DNA from: Candidatus Blackallbacteria bacterium
GTDB lineage: Bacteria; Cyanobacteriota; Sericytochromatia; UBA7694
Length of the DNA: 64,000 nt
NCBI GenBank assembly: GCA_051715345.1
Contig: JBPXJQ010000049.1
Coordinates: forward strand, 20,015 to 84,014
Reading direction: 5' to 3'
Part shown: piece by piece, positions 26,649-34,491 of the stretch
How the letters are laid out: each line of letters starts with the position of its first letter
Numbering within the stretch: the stretch's first letter is position 1
Made by a program: the position numbers and the translations under genes
The notes under the pieces: generated by a model
What the model saw: the letters and a program-made list of their open reading frames with translations, nothing else
Database searches by the model: none
What the model was told of the DNA's origin: nothing

Positions 26649-27578
26649 TTACCTCTGCAGTTCGTGGCGCACGAGCGCTTCGTCGAGCAAATCGCGGTAG
26701 AGATCGAGTTGCAATTGGAATCGTTGCCATTGGGCTTCGGTGCGCAGGTCTTGCTGGTTTTGCAAGCGTAAATTTTCCAACTTAAGGCCATAGGCATCAG
26801 CGCGGTCGAGGTAATACTCCAGGCGTTTTTCGAGGAGGTCTATCGCTTCGGGTTGTACCGCTGTAAGTGTGGCGTGCATATCCAGATTGAGCAGCGATAT
26901 GTCTTCACTCAGCCATTTGTACATACTCGCAAAACCTTTACACAGACGCAGACTGGCCTGAATATTTGAAATCAGGGTTTCAAGGGGCTGGAGGGTAAAG
27001 CTCAAGCTGGCATTGTTGTATCCCCAATCCAGGTCTTTGAGATGGGCCAAAAATGTTTGGTGTTGTTTTTGCAGTTTGGCCAGGTCTATTTCACATCGGT
27101 TGATCAGCTCTGGATCGGATGTGACAAAGGGGATGACCGTTTGTTGGGCTGCCTGCACCAAGCTTTGGATTTGGTGGTCAATATCCGCGTATTGATCCAG
27201 ATCTGAGACCGGAAGTCCTGTATCGTCCTCGCCCAGCAGATCCGCTTCGATGCGTTTGACAAAGGTCTGCGCCAAACGATCTTGGGGATTTTTTTCGAGC
27301 ACCTGCAGGGCGTATTGGCGGGCCAAGGTGTGATTTTCGAGCAAGAGTAAAATATAGGCAAAAGCCAAGCCTGGATTGGGGTTGTCGTGCGTAATTTGGT
27401 TGGCCCTTAAAAAAGCCTTGCCGGCTTCTTGTAAATGCTCTGGATTCTGAAATTTTTTGCTGTGGGCCTGTTTTAAAAACAAAAGCCCTTGATTGTAAAT
27501 GACTTGCGCGTGCTCAAACCTTTGGGCTGTGAGTTTGCGGTGATGTTCACTGAGTTGCTCTGAAGAGATAACACCCAT
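26649..27578 (-). CDS. TPR-like/coiled-coil hypothetical protein (paralog of 38388..39374)
   Basis: 309 aa. It has the same architecture and recognisable sequence similarity to the second copy (NPNPGLAFAYILLLLENHTLARQYALQVLEKNP vs NPEPYVGLSYLLMSMEQYDNALVYLEEANRLCP). Confidence 0.5.
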   Translation of the reverse strand: MGVISSEQLSEHHRKLTAQRFEHAQVIYNQGLLFLKQAHSKKFQNPEHLQEAGKAFLRANQITHDNPNPGLAFAYILLLLENHTLARQYALQVLEKNPQDRLAQTFVKRIEADLLGEDDTGLPVSDLDQYADIDHQIQSLVQAAQQTVIPFVTSDPELINRCEIDLAKLQKQHQTFLAHLKDLDWGYNNASLSFTLQPLETLISNIQASLRLCKGFASMYKWLSEDISLLNLDMHATLTAVQPEAIDLLEKRLEYYLDRADAYGLKLENLRLQNQQDLRTEAQWQRFQLQLDLYRDLLDEALVRHELQR

Positions 27579-27949
27579 GTATCCCTCTGATGTTTAAAAG
27601 ATATACCAGTATAGGGCTGTGAACCTGGGCAGGCAAGTTGGCAGATCTGGAAAGAATCTGGCACACAGCCGAAATTCGACGAAATAGCTCACAAGAATAA
27701 GATTGAATTTGCCGCTGCTCCTCTTACCTGGCTTTGGTGGTTCTGGTCTAAACGGGCGTCTGTTTATCGCCTCGGCACTGCGATTTCTTTAGTCCCACGA
27801 TTAACGGACGGTTTTTCGCGATTATCTCAGAAGTGGATGGAGATTGGACCGGACAGCGCAACTGATTTTGAGTGCCGTGAACCCAGTCTATGAAAAAAAT
27901 GCCTCGCTGAGCGTACCTCTGTTTATCCTGTTTTTCAGAGGTAATCGCC

Positions 27950-29881
27950 ATGACGGACTTTATCCCAAACAACGTGAATCGCTCGTTTCAATCTGTCCCA
28001 GGTATTCCCAAAGAAACCCCTGCCATCAGACAGGCCCCTACCCTACCCCCAAAAGCCAATACCAGTCCCAATCTGTTTAAACAAATTGGGACCAAATATC
28101 TGCAGGCAAATGCGGATTCTCCCCCCACACAGGGCCTGGGCCTCCGCAACCTCCTCGGGTTGGGCCTGGGAAAAAAAAATGATGACTTTGCTGTTTTGAG
28201 TGCGGCTCAGCCATCACCCCAAACGACCTCTCAAAACCGGATTTCAGATGCATTTAACCCCGACTTATTGCCTGCGGTCAATCAAGCTGCACCCCTCAGC
28301 CCTCCCGCTGTCTGTACTGACATCAATACTTGTGAGCCTGGCAGTGTCCGCCCGCCCATCTATGCCTTTGATTTTGCGCCCAGTAAAATGAGGCCCTTTC
28401 CAGAAGCCCGCAGCTTAAAAGGCCCATTGGCCATCCGCACAAGTTGGCTGAGTCAATTAGAAAAAAGTCACAGGGGTTATAATCTTGAGATTTTTCATAA
28501 CGGTATTCCTTTTGGAGCGCTTAAATCTGCCTTGGGAAAATCCGACAAAAATCAGGATTCCCAACTCAATTTGGATGAGGCAAAACGGGCTGGTGTACTT
28601 AACTCGACTCAAGCAGATGCTCTAAAACAGCTTGCGCGCGCTCATCAGCTCATGCCAGCAGACCCAAAGAATATCGACGCGGTAGCGCTGGGCAAAGCCC
28701 TTGAAACACAGGGCGTCACAATTCCAGCAGAACTGGCTGATGCACTTTCTGATTTGGAAGTGTTGAATCACTATTTGGGTCAAGTGGATATTGCCCCAGA
28801 AGAAATAATCTTGCAAGCGGATCCCCAAGCCCGTGCAACGTCTAAAACCACCCTTACGATGAAAGACTATGCCGAAACGACGATTGAACAAAAGGCTGAA
28901 ACCAAAGAGCAGTACCGTGCAGCCAAACTTGAATACCTGAAACTAAAAAGTGAGGTTCGATCATTGGAACAAAATGTAAAAACACTCACAGGAAAAATGG
29001 AAGCAGCAACAAAAGAGCGGGATCGCCTGATAGCAAGAAATCCAAGTCATTCTGGGATTCCGTCTCTGCAAGCAAAAATGGCAAGTCTGCAAACAGAGTT
29101 AACGCCTAAAATCGCGGAATTGGCCGCAAAGCAAGCTTTGCTTTCTGAAAAGGGAAATGCCACAGTAGAAGGGGTTTATGCGAAAGGGGGCACTGTGGTA
29201 GAAAAATATATATTTGGTCCCCAAACCCCTGAACAGAAGGCCGTCCAGTTTGGGGATATTTACGATCGCAGGGCTCAACAAGGCATTACCGATGGCTATA
29301 AACACGATAACGTGGGGTGTGCTGCTTTGACAGACCTGCTGCATACCCTGGTGCTCGGCCGAGAAATCAATGTCCAAAAAATGTTAGAACTCACCCAAAG
29401 TTCAGATCATTATGGCTCCGTCCAAGTCACCCATACAGCAGGGACGCGGACAACGCCATTTGCCAAAGACAAACCCAATCCTGCAGATCCTGGAGCCAAA
29501 CCACAGGAAGAAAATTTGCAGGCCCTGTTCGATCAAGGCGTGATCAAACCAGGAATGGTGTTGTTTATTAATACCGATTCTGATATGCGTCTGACCGGAG
29601 AAAGTGCAGACATGGGCAGTAAATCATTTGGTTCAAGTGACCGGCACTGGTTTACCTATATGGGAAAATCAGGAGAAACTCCTCTATTTTTAGACAATAC
29701 AGGCACAAAGTATACACTCCAGCAAATGATCAACCACTTCCAGGTCGGCCGAGAGGACAATATCGGCTCTCCAACTGTCTTACATACTGTCTTTGATTTT
29801 TATCCCACTGAAGCCGAACGCGAAAAATTTAAGGCTTTTGCCCAAAAATTGCTGGGAAATACCCTCTCAGAAAACGAATGA
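27950..29881 (+). CDS. Hypothetical 643-aa protein with central coiled coil and a C-terminal Cys/His-containing domain; lower GC than its neighbours
   Basis: It is a long ORF with a central heptad-like stretch (EQKAETKEQYRAAKLEYLKLKSEVRSLEQNVKTLTGKMEAATKERDRL). A C-terminal region has DNVGCAALTDLLH ... HWFTYMG. Local GC is visibly lower than flanking genes. Confidence 0.5.
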   Translation: MTDFIPNNVNRSFQSVPGIPKETPAIRQAPTLPPKANTSPNLFKQIGTKYLQANADSPPTQGLGLRNLLGLGLGKKNDDFAVLSAAQPSPQTTSQNRISDAFNPDLLPAVNQAAPLSPPAVCTDINTCEPGSVRPPIYAFDFAPSKMRPFPEARSLKGPLAIRTSWLSQLEKSHRGYNLEIFHNGIPFGALKSALGKSDKNQDSQLNLDEAKRAGVLNSTQADALKQLARAHQLMPADPKNIDAVALGKALETQGVTIPAELADALSDLEVLNHYLGQVDIAPEEIILQADPQARATSKTTLTMKDYAETTIEQKAETKEQYRAAKLEYLKLKSEVRSLEQNVKTLTGKMEAATKERDRLIARNPSHSGIPSLQAKMASLQTELTPKIAELAAKQALLSEKGNATVEGVYAKGGTVVEKYIFGPQTPEQKAVQFGDIYDRRAQQGITDGYKHDNVGCAALTDLLHTLVLGREINVQKMLELTQSSDHYGSVQVTHTAGTRTTPFAKDKPNPADPGAKPQEENLQALFDQGVIKPGMVLFINTDSDMRLTGESADMGSKSFGSSDRHWFTYMGKSGETPLFLDNTGTKYTLQQMINHFQVGREDNIGSPTVLHTVFDFYPTEAEREKFKAFAQKLLGNTLSENE

Positions 29882-30419
29882 ATTTTCATCTGGAGTCAAT
29901 GCCATATCCCGAAATCCAATTATTACTGCGCAAGTCTAGCCAAATTTAGAATATATTTTGTTGTTTTTATTGGAGTAAAAGTCTAAAAATCAAATTTCTA
30001 GAAAAATATTTTCTAAGATAATTGTGTAAATATTGAAAAAAAATTTAAATTTTTAAAATTAAAATCTATTTGAGAAATCAAATTTTGAATCAAATTAATA
30101 ATTCTTTATATTCCGGAACTATTATTTTATAGTCTCGTCCTAAATATATGCTTACTCATCGTTGATGCTCTACAGCAATAAACTTTGGAATTTTTTCAAT
30201 CCACCCAAATACTGCTTGTGGAGGAAAAATAAATTTTGTCGTCTTGCTTCAAATTTTTAAAAAACCATTTTTTTTATTTAATATTCATAAAAATAAATAG
30301 AGATAAATCAAAAAATCTTTTTAAATTAAAGCAAGAATTATATTGGTTAAAAAATTCTAAACGTAAATGTAGAGATTTGAATAAGTTTAAATTATTTTCT
30401 ACAAAATGGAGATTATTAA
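29882..30419. promoter_or_regulatory. About 540-bp extremely AT-rich intergenic tract (A/T runs, likely curved DNA) upstream of the ice-binding-domain adhesin
   Basis: GC is estimated at around 20% against roughly 55% for the surrounding coding DNA. It has many A5-8/T5-8 runs and no credible ORF; the table ORF 30236..30439 is AT-rich noise. Confidence 0.6.
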
Positions 30420-33038
30420 GTGAAAGTATTTGCGCGTAAATTTCGGATCAATAGAACATCGCTTTTTTCGATGGTCTTGTTGATTTCTACAGTCGGATGC
30501 CAGCCAACATCTACTTCAGGACCTAATGTCCCCAGCGCTCCAACCGCGAGTCCCGTCAATTCAGCTGCTCCAGCCGCGACGCCCACTCCAGGTGCCTCAG
30601 CGACGCCTGTTCCGGTCAGTTCGGGCCTCCCAGGGCAAACCGATAAGACACCGCCCACTGTGTCGTTTACCAGCCCCATTAATGCCGAACTGGGTATTGC
30701 TGTCAATCGTAAAATTGTTGCTACCTTCAGTGAAGTCATGGACCCGGCAAGTTTGTCAGAATCCACCTTCACGGTAACAGCTCCCGGACCTGTCCCTGTT
30801 TCTGGCAAGGTGACATATATTGGAAGCGTGGCCACTTTTACACCCACCAGCAACTTGGCTGTTAGCACCAGCTACACAGCGACAATCAGCACCAAAGCCA
30901 AGGACTTGGCTGGTAATGCCATTACACTCAAGAAAAGCTGGGTTTTTACCACAGACGCCTCGAGTGATACCACGGCCCCAAGTGAAAGTTATTCAAACCC
31001 TGCCAGTGGCGCAACCAATGTCGCCACCAGTGGCAATCTCGGCTTGACTTTCAGTGAAGTGATGGATCCCGCAACGATCAATACAGACACGTTTATCCTG
31101 AGAGAGCAACCCGGTTCAAAACCCGTTGCTGGTACTGTGACTTATATTGGGAATATTGTCAGCTTCAACCCCAAAGAATCACTCAAGCCCAACACCAGTT
31201 ATACAGCAACGATTACAACCGGTGCCAAAGATCTGGCAGGCAACCCCTTTGCCGCGGATAAAACCTGGACCTTTATCACAGGCTCGTCTGACGGCGCTGG
31301 TACGGGCAGCACCGGCGGCGGCGGCGGTGGCGGTGGCGGTGGCGGCGGCGGTAGCTCGGGTGGCGGTGGCAGTTCGGGTGGCGGTGTTGTCAATCCAGAT
31401 ACCTTCCCTCCAACCCTGAGTGCAAGCAACCCTGTCAATGCGGCCCTGAACGTCTTTACCAACGGCAAGTTGGCAGTGACCTTCAGTGAGGTGATGGACG
31501 CCTCAAGTTTAAATCCAACCACCTTTTCTCTGGTCGGGCCCGGTCAGACCCCAGTCCCTGGGACGGTGACTTATGCGGGCACCACGGCCACCTTTACCCC
31601 CAGCGCAAATCTCGCCGCCAATACCCAGTTTACGGCCACGATTACCAATGGGGTGAAAGACCTGGCTGGCAATGCTCTGGCTGCCAATCAGACTTGGACC
31701 TTTACCACCGGGTCCGCCACCGATACAACTGCCCCAACAGTCAACCTGAGTACGCCAGCCAACGCGGCCACAGGCGTGGCTGTTAACGCTGCTGTTTCAA
31801 GCACCTTTAGCGAAGCGATGAATGCCCTGACTATCAGCTCCAACAGCTTTAAGCTGACGGGGCCTGGGGCGACGCCCGTTTCTGGCGCTGTCACCTACGT
31901 TGGCAATATTGCGACCTTTACACCCACCAGCAACCTTGCGGCCAATACCCTGTATACAGCCACTGTGAATATGGGCGTCTTGGACCTCGCTGGCAATCCG
32001 TTGGCGGCCAACAAAGTCTGGACGTTCACCACCGGAGCGACTCCGGATACCACGGCGCCTCTGGTGAATGCAAGCAATCCTGCGAACCTGGGTGCCAGTG
32101 TGATTACCACAAGTTTGAACACCGCCACCTTCAATGAGCCAATGAATCCGCTCACTTTGACCACAGCCACATTTACCCTGACTGGGCCTGGTCAGGTGCC
32201 TGTTCCAGGCACCGTCAGCTATCTTGGCAATGTGGCCACCTTTACCCCGACAACAGAACTGGCACGCAAGACCCAGTACACGGCGACCTTGACCACGGGC
32301 GCTCAGGATCTCGCGGGCAATCCGCTGGCGGCCAACAAGGTTTGGACCTTTACCACCGCTCTGGGTCCAGCTGCCGTCAATCTCAGAACCGCCGCTGATT
32401 TTGCCGTCTTATCCAAATCCGGTATTTCGTCAGTTCCAGGTTCTGTGATCACCGGAGATATCGGGGTGAGCCCAATCGGGCTCACAGCCATCACAGGTTT
32501 CTCTGAGGTGATGGATGCTTCGACCACCTTTGCGACTTCGACACAGGTCACTGGCCGGATTTATGCGGCCAATCTGACCGCGCCCACACCCACAAAAATG
32601 ACAACGGCGATTGGAGATTTGGCCACAGCTTATACCGATGCAGCTGGCAGGGCCATCCCTGATTTCTCTGAGTTGGGCACAGGTCAAATCGGGGGGCAGA
32701 CATTGGTGCCGGGTCTCTACAAATGGGGAACCAATGTTTTGGTCTCAACCAATGTCACCTTAAACGGCGGCCCCAACGATATCTGGATCTTTCAGATTTC
32801 GGGCGGCGTGATCCAGGCTTCTGATACACGGGTGATCCTCTCAGGTGGGGCCCAGGCCAAAAATGTCTTTTGGCAGATTGCTGGCGATGTGAGCATTGGT
32901 GCTCGCGCCCATTTTGAGGGAATCATCATGTGTGAAACCGAGATCAATTTGGGTTCAGACGCCTCGATCAACGGTCGCCTCTTGGCCAATACGGCGGTTA
33001 ATTTGATCAAAAACACGGTGACGCAACCGGCTCTCTAA
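30420..33038 (+). CDS. Surface lipoprotein with about 7 tandem Ig-like (SbsA/Big-type) modules, poly-Gly linker and C-terminal DUF3494 ice-binding-like domain
   Basis: It has a GTG start with GGAG 9 nt upstream. The signal peptide ends in a lipobox (LLISTVGC). There are repeated ~100-aa modules (...TFSEVMDP/A..L...TF.L.GPG..PV.GTVTY.G..ATFTP...LA..T.YTATI...KDLAGN...). The C-terminus has AADFAVLSKSGISSVPGSVITGDIGVSPIGLTAITGF ... AKNVFWQIAGDVSIGARAHFEGIIMCETEINLGSDASINGRLLANTAVNL, typical of DUF3494 IBPs. Confidence 0.8.
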   Translation: MKVFARKFRINRTSLFSMVLLISTVGCQPTSTSGPNVPSAPTASPVNSAAPAATPTPGASATPVPVSSGLPGQTDKTPPTVSFTSPINAELGIAVNRKIVATFSEVMDPASLSESTFTVTAPGPVPVSGKVTYIGSVATFTPTSNLAVSTSYTATISTKAKDLAGNAITLKKSWVFTTDASSDTTAPSESYSNPASGATNVATSGNLGLTFSEVMDPATINTDTFILREQPGSKPVAGTVTYIGNIVSFNPKESLKPNTSYTATITTGAKDLAGNPFAADKTWTFITGSSDGAGTGSTGGGGGGGGGGGGGSSGGGGSSGGGVVNPDTFPPTLSASNPVNAALNVFTNGKLAVTFSEVMDASSLNPTTFSLVGPGQTPVPGTVTYAGTTATFTPSANLAANTQFTATITNGVKDLAGNALAANQTWTFTTGSATDTTAPTVNLSTPANAATGVAVNAAVSSTFSEAMNALTISSNSFKLTGPGATPVSGAVTYVGNIATFTPTSNLAANTLYTATVNMGVLDLAGNPLAANKVWTFTTGATPDTTAPLVNASNPANLGASVITTSLNTATFNEPMNPLTLTTATFTLTGPGQVPVPGTVSYLGNVATFTPTTELARKTQYTATLTTGAQDLAGNPLAANKVWTFTTALGPAAVNLRTAADFAVLSKSGISSVPGSVITGDIGVSPIGLTAITGFSEVMDASTTFATSTQVTGRIYAANLTAPTPTKMTTAIGDLATAYTDAAGRAIPDFSELGTGQIGGQTLVPGLYKWGTNVLVSTNVTLNGGPNDIWIFQISGGVIQASDTRVILSGGAQAKNVFWQIAGDVSIGARAHFEGIIMCETEINLGSDASINGRLLANTAVNLIKNTVTQPAL
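31316..31385. repeat. (GGC/GGT)n trinucleotide tract encoding the poly-Gly/Ser linker
   Basis: The sequence ggcggcggcggcggtggcggtggcggtggcggcggcggtagctcgggtggcggtggcagttcgggtggcggtg encodes GGGGGGGGGGGGSSGGGGSSGGG. Confidence 0.85.
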
Positions 33039-33066
33039 ACATCCGGTGACGAAACAACTTTGAGGG

Positions 33067-33099
33067 AATGCCCCTGCTGTCTAACAGCGGGGGCATTCT
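33067..33099. terminator. Candidate bidirectional stem-loop between convergent adhesin and photolyase genes
   Basis: Stem gaatgcccctgctg, loop tctaa, stem cagcgggggcattc (14-bp stem, one mismatch), followed by ttgttgg on the plus strand. Confidence 0.45.
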
Positions 33100-33113
33100 T
33101 GTTGGGCTGGGGG

Positions 33114-34430
33114 TCAAACACTCTTTTGACCCTTTGTCTCTTGCAACCAAAGGGCTTGAAATTGCCCCTCAGAGTCATAGCGCTGGGCCTGGCCTTCGGG
33201 ATCAAAACGGCGCAAAGGTCGGGGATCATTGCCCACCCCCGCCAAGTACATCCAATTGCCCCAATTGCTACAGGGATCGTAGTCAATCAGGCAATGTTCA
33301 AACCAAGCTGCTCCCCAGGTCCAGGGCAAGTTTAAATCATGAATGAGATAGCTGGCGACGTTCTGCCGTCCCCGATTGGACATCCAGCCCGAAAGCGCCA
33401 ATTCGCGCATATTGGCGTCGATAAAGCGCTGACCGGTTTGCCCCCGACACCAAGCCGCAAAAAGTGCTGGGTCTGCTTTTGCGGGCGGAACTTTGCCCTG
33501 CAGTCCTCCCAAGAGAAAAATCTATTTGCCCGCTTGAAGTGCCACCAGCCGAAAGTATTCCCGCCAAAGCAATTCAAAGATCAGCCAATAGGTGGAGTCA
33601 TTGGCTCCCAATTGGGCTTCATGGGCCCTCACCTGGGCGTAAATCTGCCGAGCCGAGAGCGTCCCATTGGCCAACCAAGCTGAAAATTTGGACGAATAGG
33701 CTTCCCCAATCAGGCCATTGCGGGTCTCTTTGTATGTGCGGATCAGACCACGTTGCCAGATATAATCATCTAAACGCCCCAAAGCCGCAGTTTCTCCTCC
33801 CACAAAACGCAAGACTGCACGGGGATCGTCTTGGGGCGGTTCCAGAGCCAGATCTTGCATGCCGGGGAGGGCAGGACAGTCTGGCAACAATTCTGGCAAT
33901 GGGGGCATGTGTCGAGGGGGAGGCAGCGGGGGGAGGACGTGTAGCTCGGGTTCGATCAGTTTGCGAAAAGCTGTGAAGTTCTTGGGCAAGTCTGTCAGGT
34001 CAAAGGGCAGATTTTCGAGTTGCAATAAACTTTCACTGGGAGCAAGCAAGAGCGGCAGACCCCCTTTTGCCAGTTTTCGTTGTAGGGCATCTTCTTCGGC
34101 CTTTTCTTCAGGCAAAAACGCGCCCAAGCCGTAGACTGCGTCTGCTTGAATCTGCGTGACCAAGGCAGGGATGATCTGCTGGGGAGGGCCCAGAAACACA
34201 TACAGATCACTGCCCAATTGTTTCAGCTGGGTCTGTAAATCTTTCAGGCTTTCCAGCAAAAAGCGCGTCCGCCAAGGGCCGGTTTTGGCAAAGCCCAAAG
34301 GGAGTTTGCGAAACCGTGCCGGGTTGAGGCAATAGACAGGCAGAAGTGTATCGGCACTTTTCGCGAGTTGACTGAACAGGGCCTGATCATGCAGGCGCAA
34401 ATCTTGACGGAACCAATAAATGACGTGCAT
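33114..34430 (-). pseudogene. DNA photolyase/cryptochrome family gene interrupted by one in-frame TAG (33522-33524)
   Basis: The N-terminal ORF 33522..34430 has MHVIYWFRQDLRLHDQALF (photolyase alpha/beta domain) and ends ...WREYFRLVALQAGK*. ORF 33114..33512 is in the same frame and continues ...FIDANMRELALSGWMSNRGRQNVASYLIHDL...GNWMYLAGVG (FAD-binding domain). Spacing across the stop matches intact photolyases. Confidence 0.75.
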
Positions 34431-34491
34431 GCTGCTCAGAAAAACATGTGACAGAGGCTGATTGCAATTTTAGGGCGGGCTCACCGCGGGC

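Noticed and set aside
30236-30439. 67-aa ORF inside the AT-rich tract upstream of the adhesin
   Set aside because: It is a Lys/Phe/Asn-rich translation of A/T runs with no RBS. It overlaps the adhesin's own RBS and start, and the composition fully explains it.
31300-31400. Possible CRISPR or other non-coding repeat array
   Set aside because: The repeats are triplet-phased, lie inside a long ORF and translate to a Gly/Ser linker. There are no spacer-repeat periodicities of 25-40 bp anywhere in the window.
31199-31522. Minus-strand ORF encoding a poly-Pro run (PPPPPPPPPPPPPP)
   Set aside because: It is the reverse complement of the (GGC)n poly-Gly tract inside the adhesin gene, so it is an antisense artifact.
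33114-33512. Treating the photolyase C-terminal ORF as an independent small gene
   Set aside because: It is in the same frame as the upstream ORF with only a TAG between them. Its TTG start is just the first permissible codon after the stop, and homology continues across the stop.
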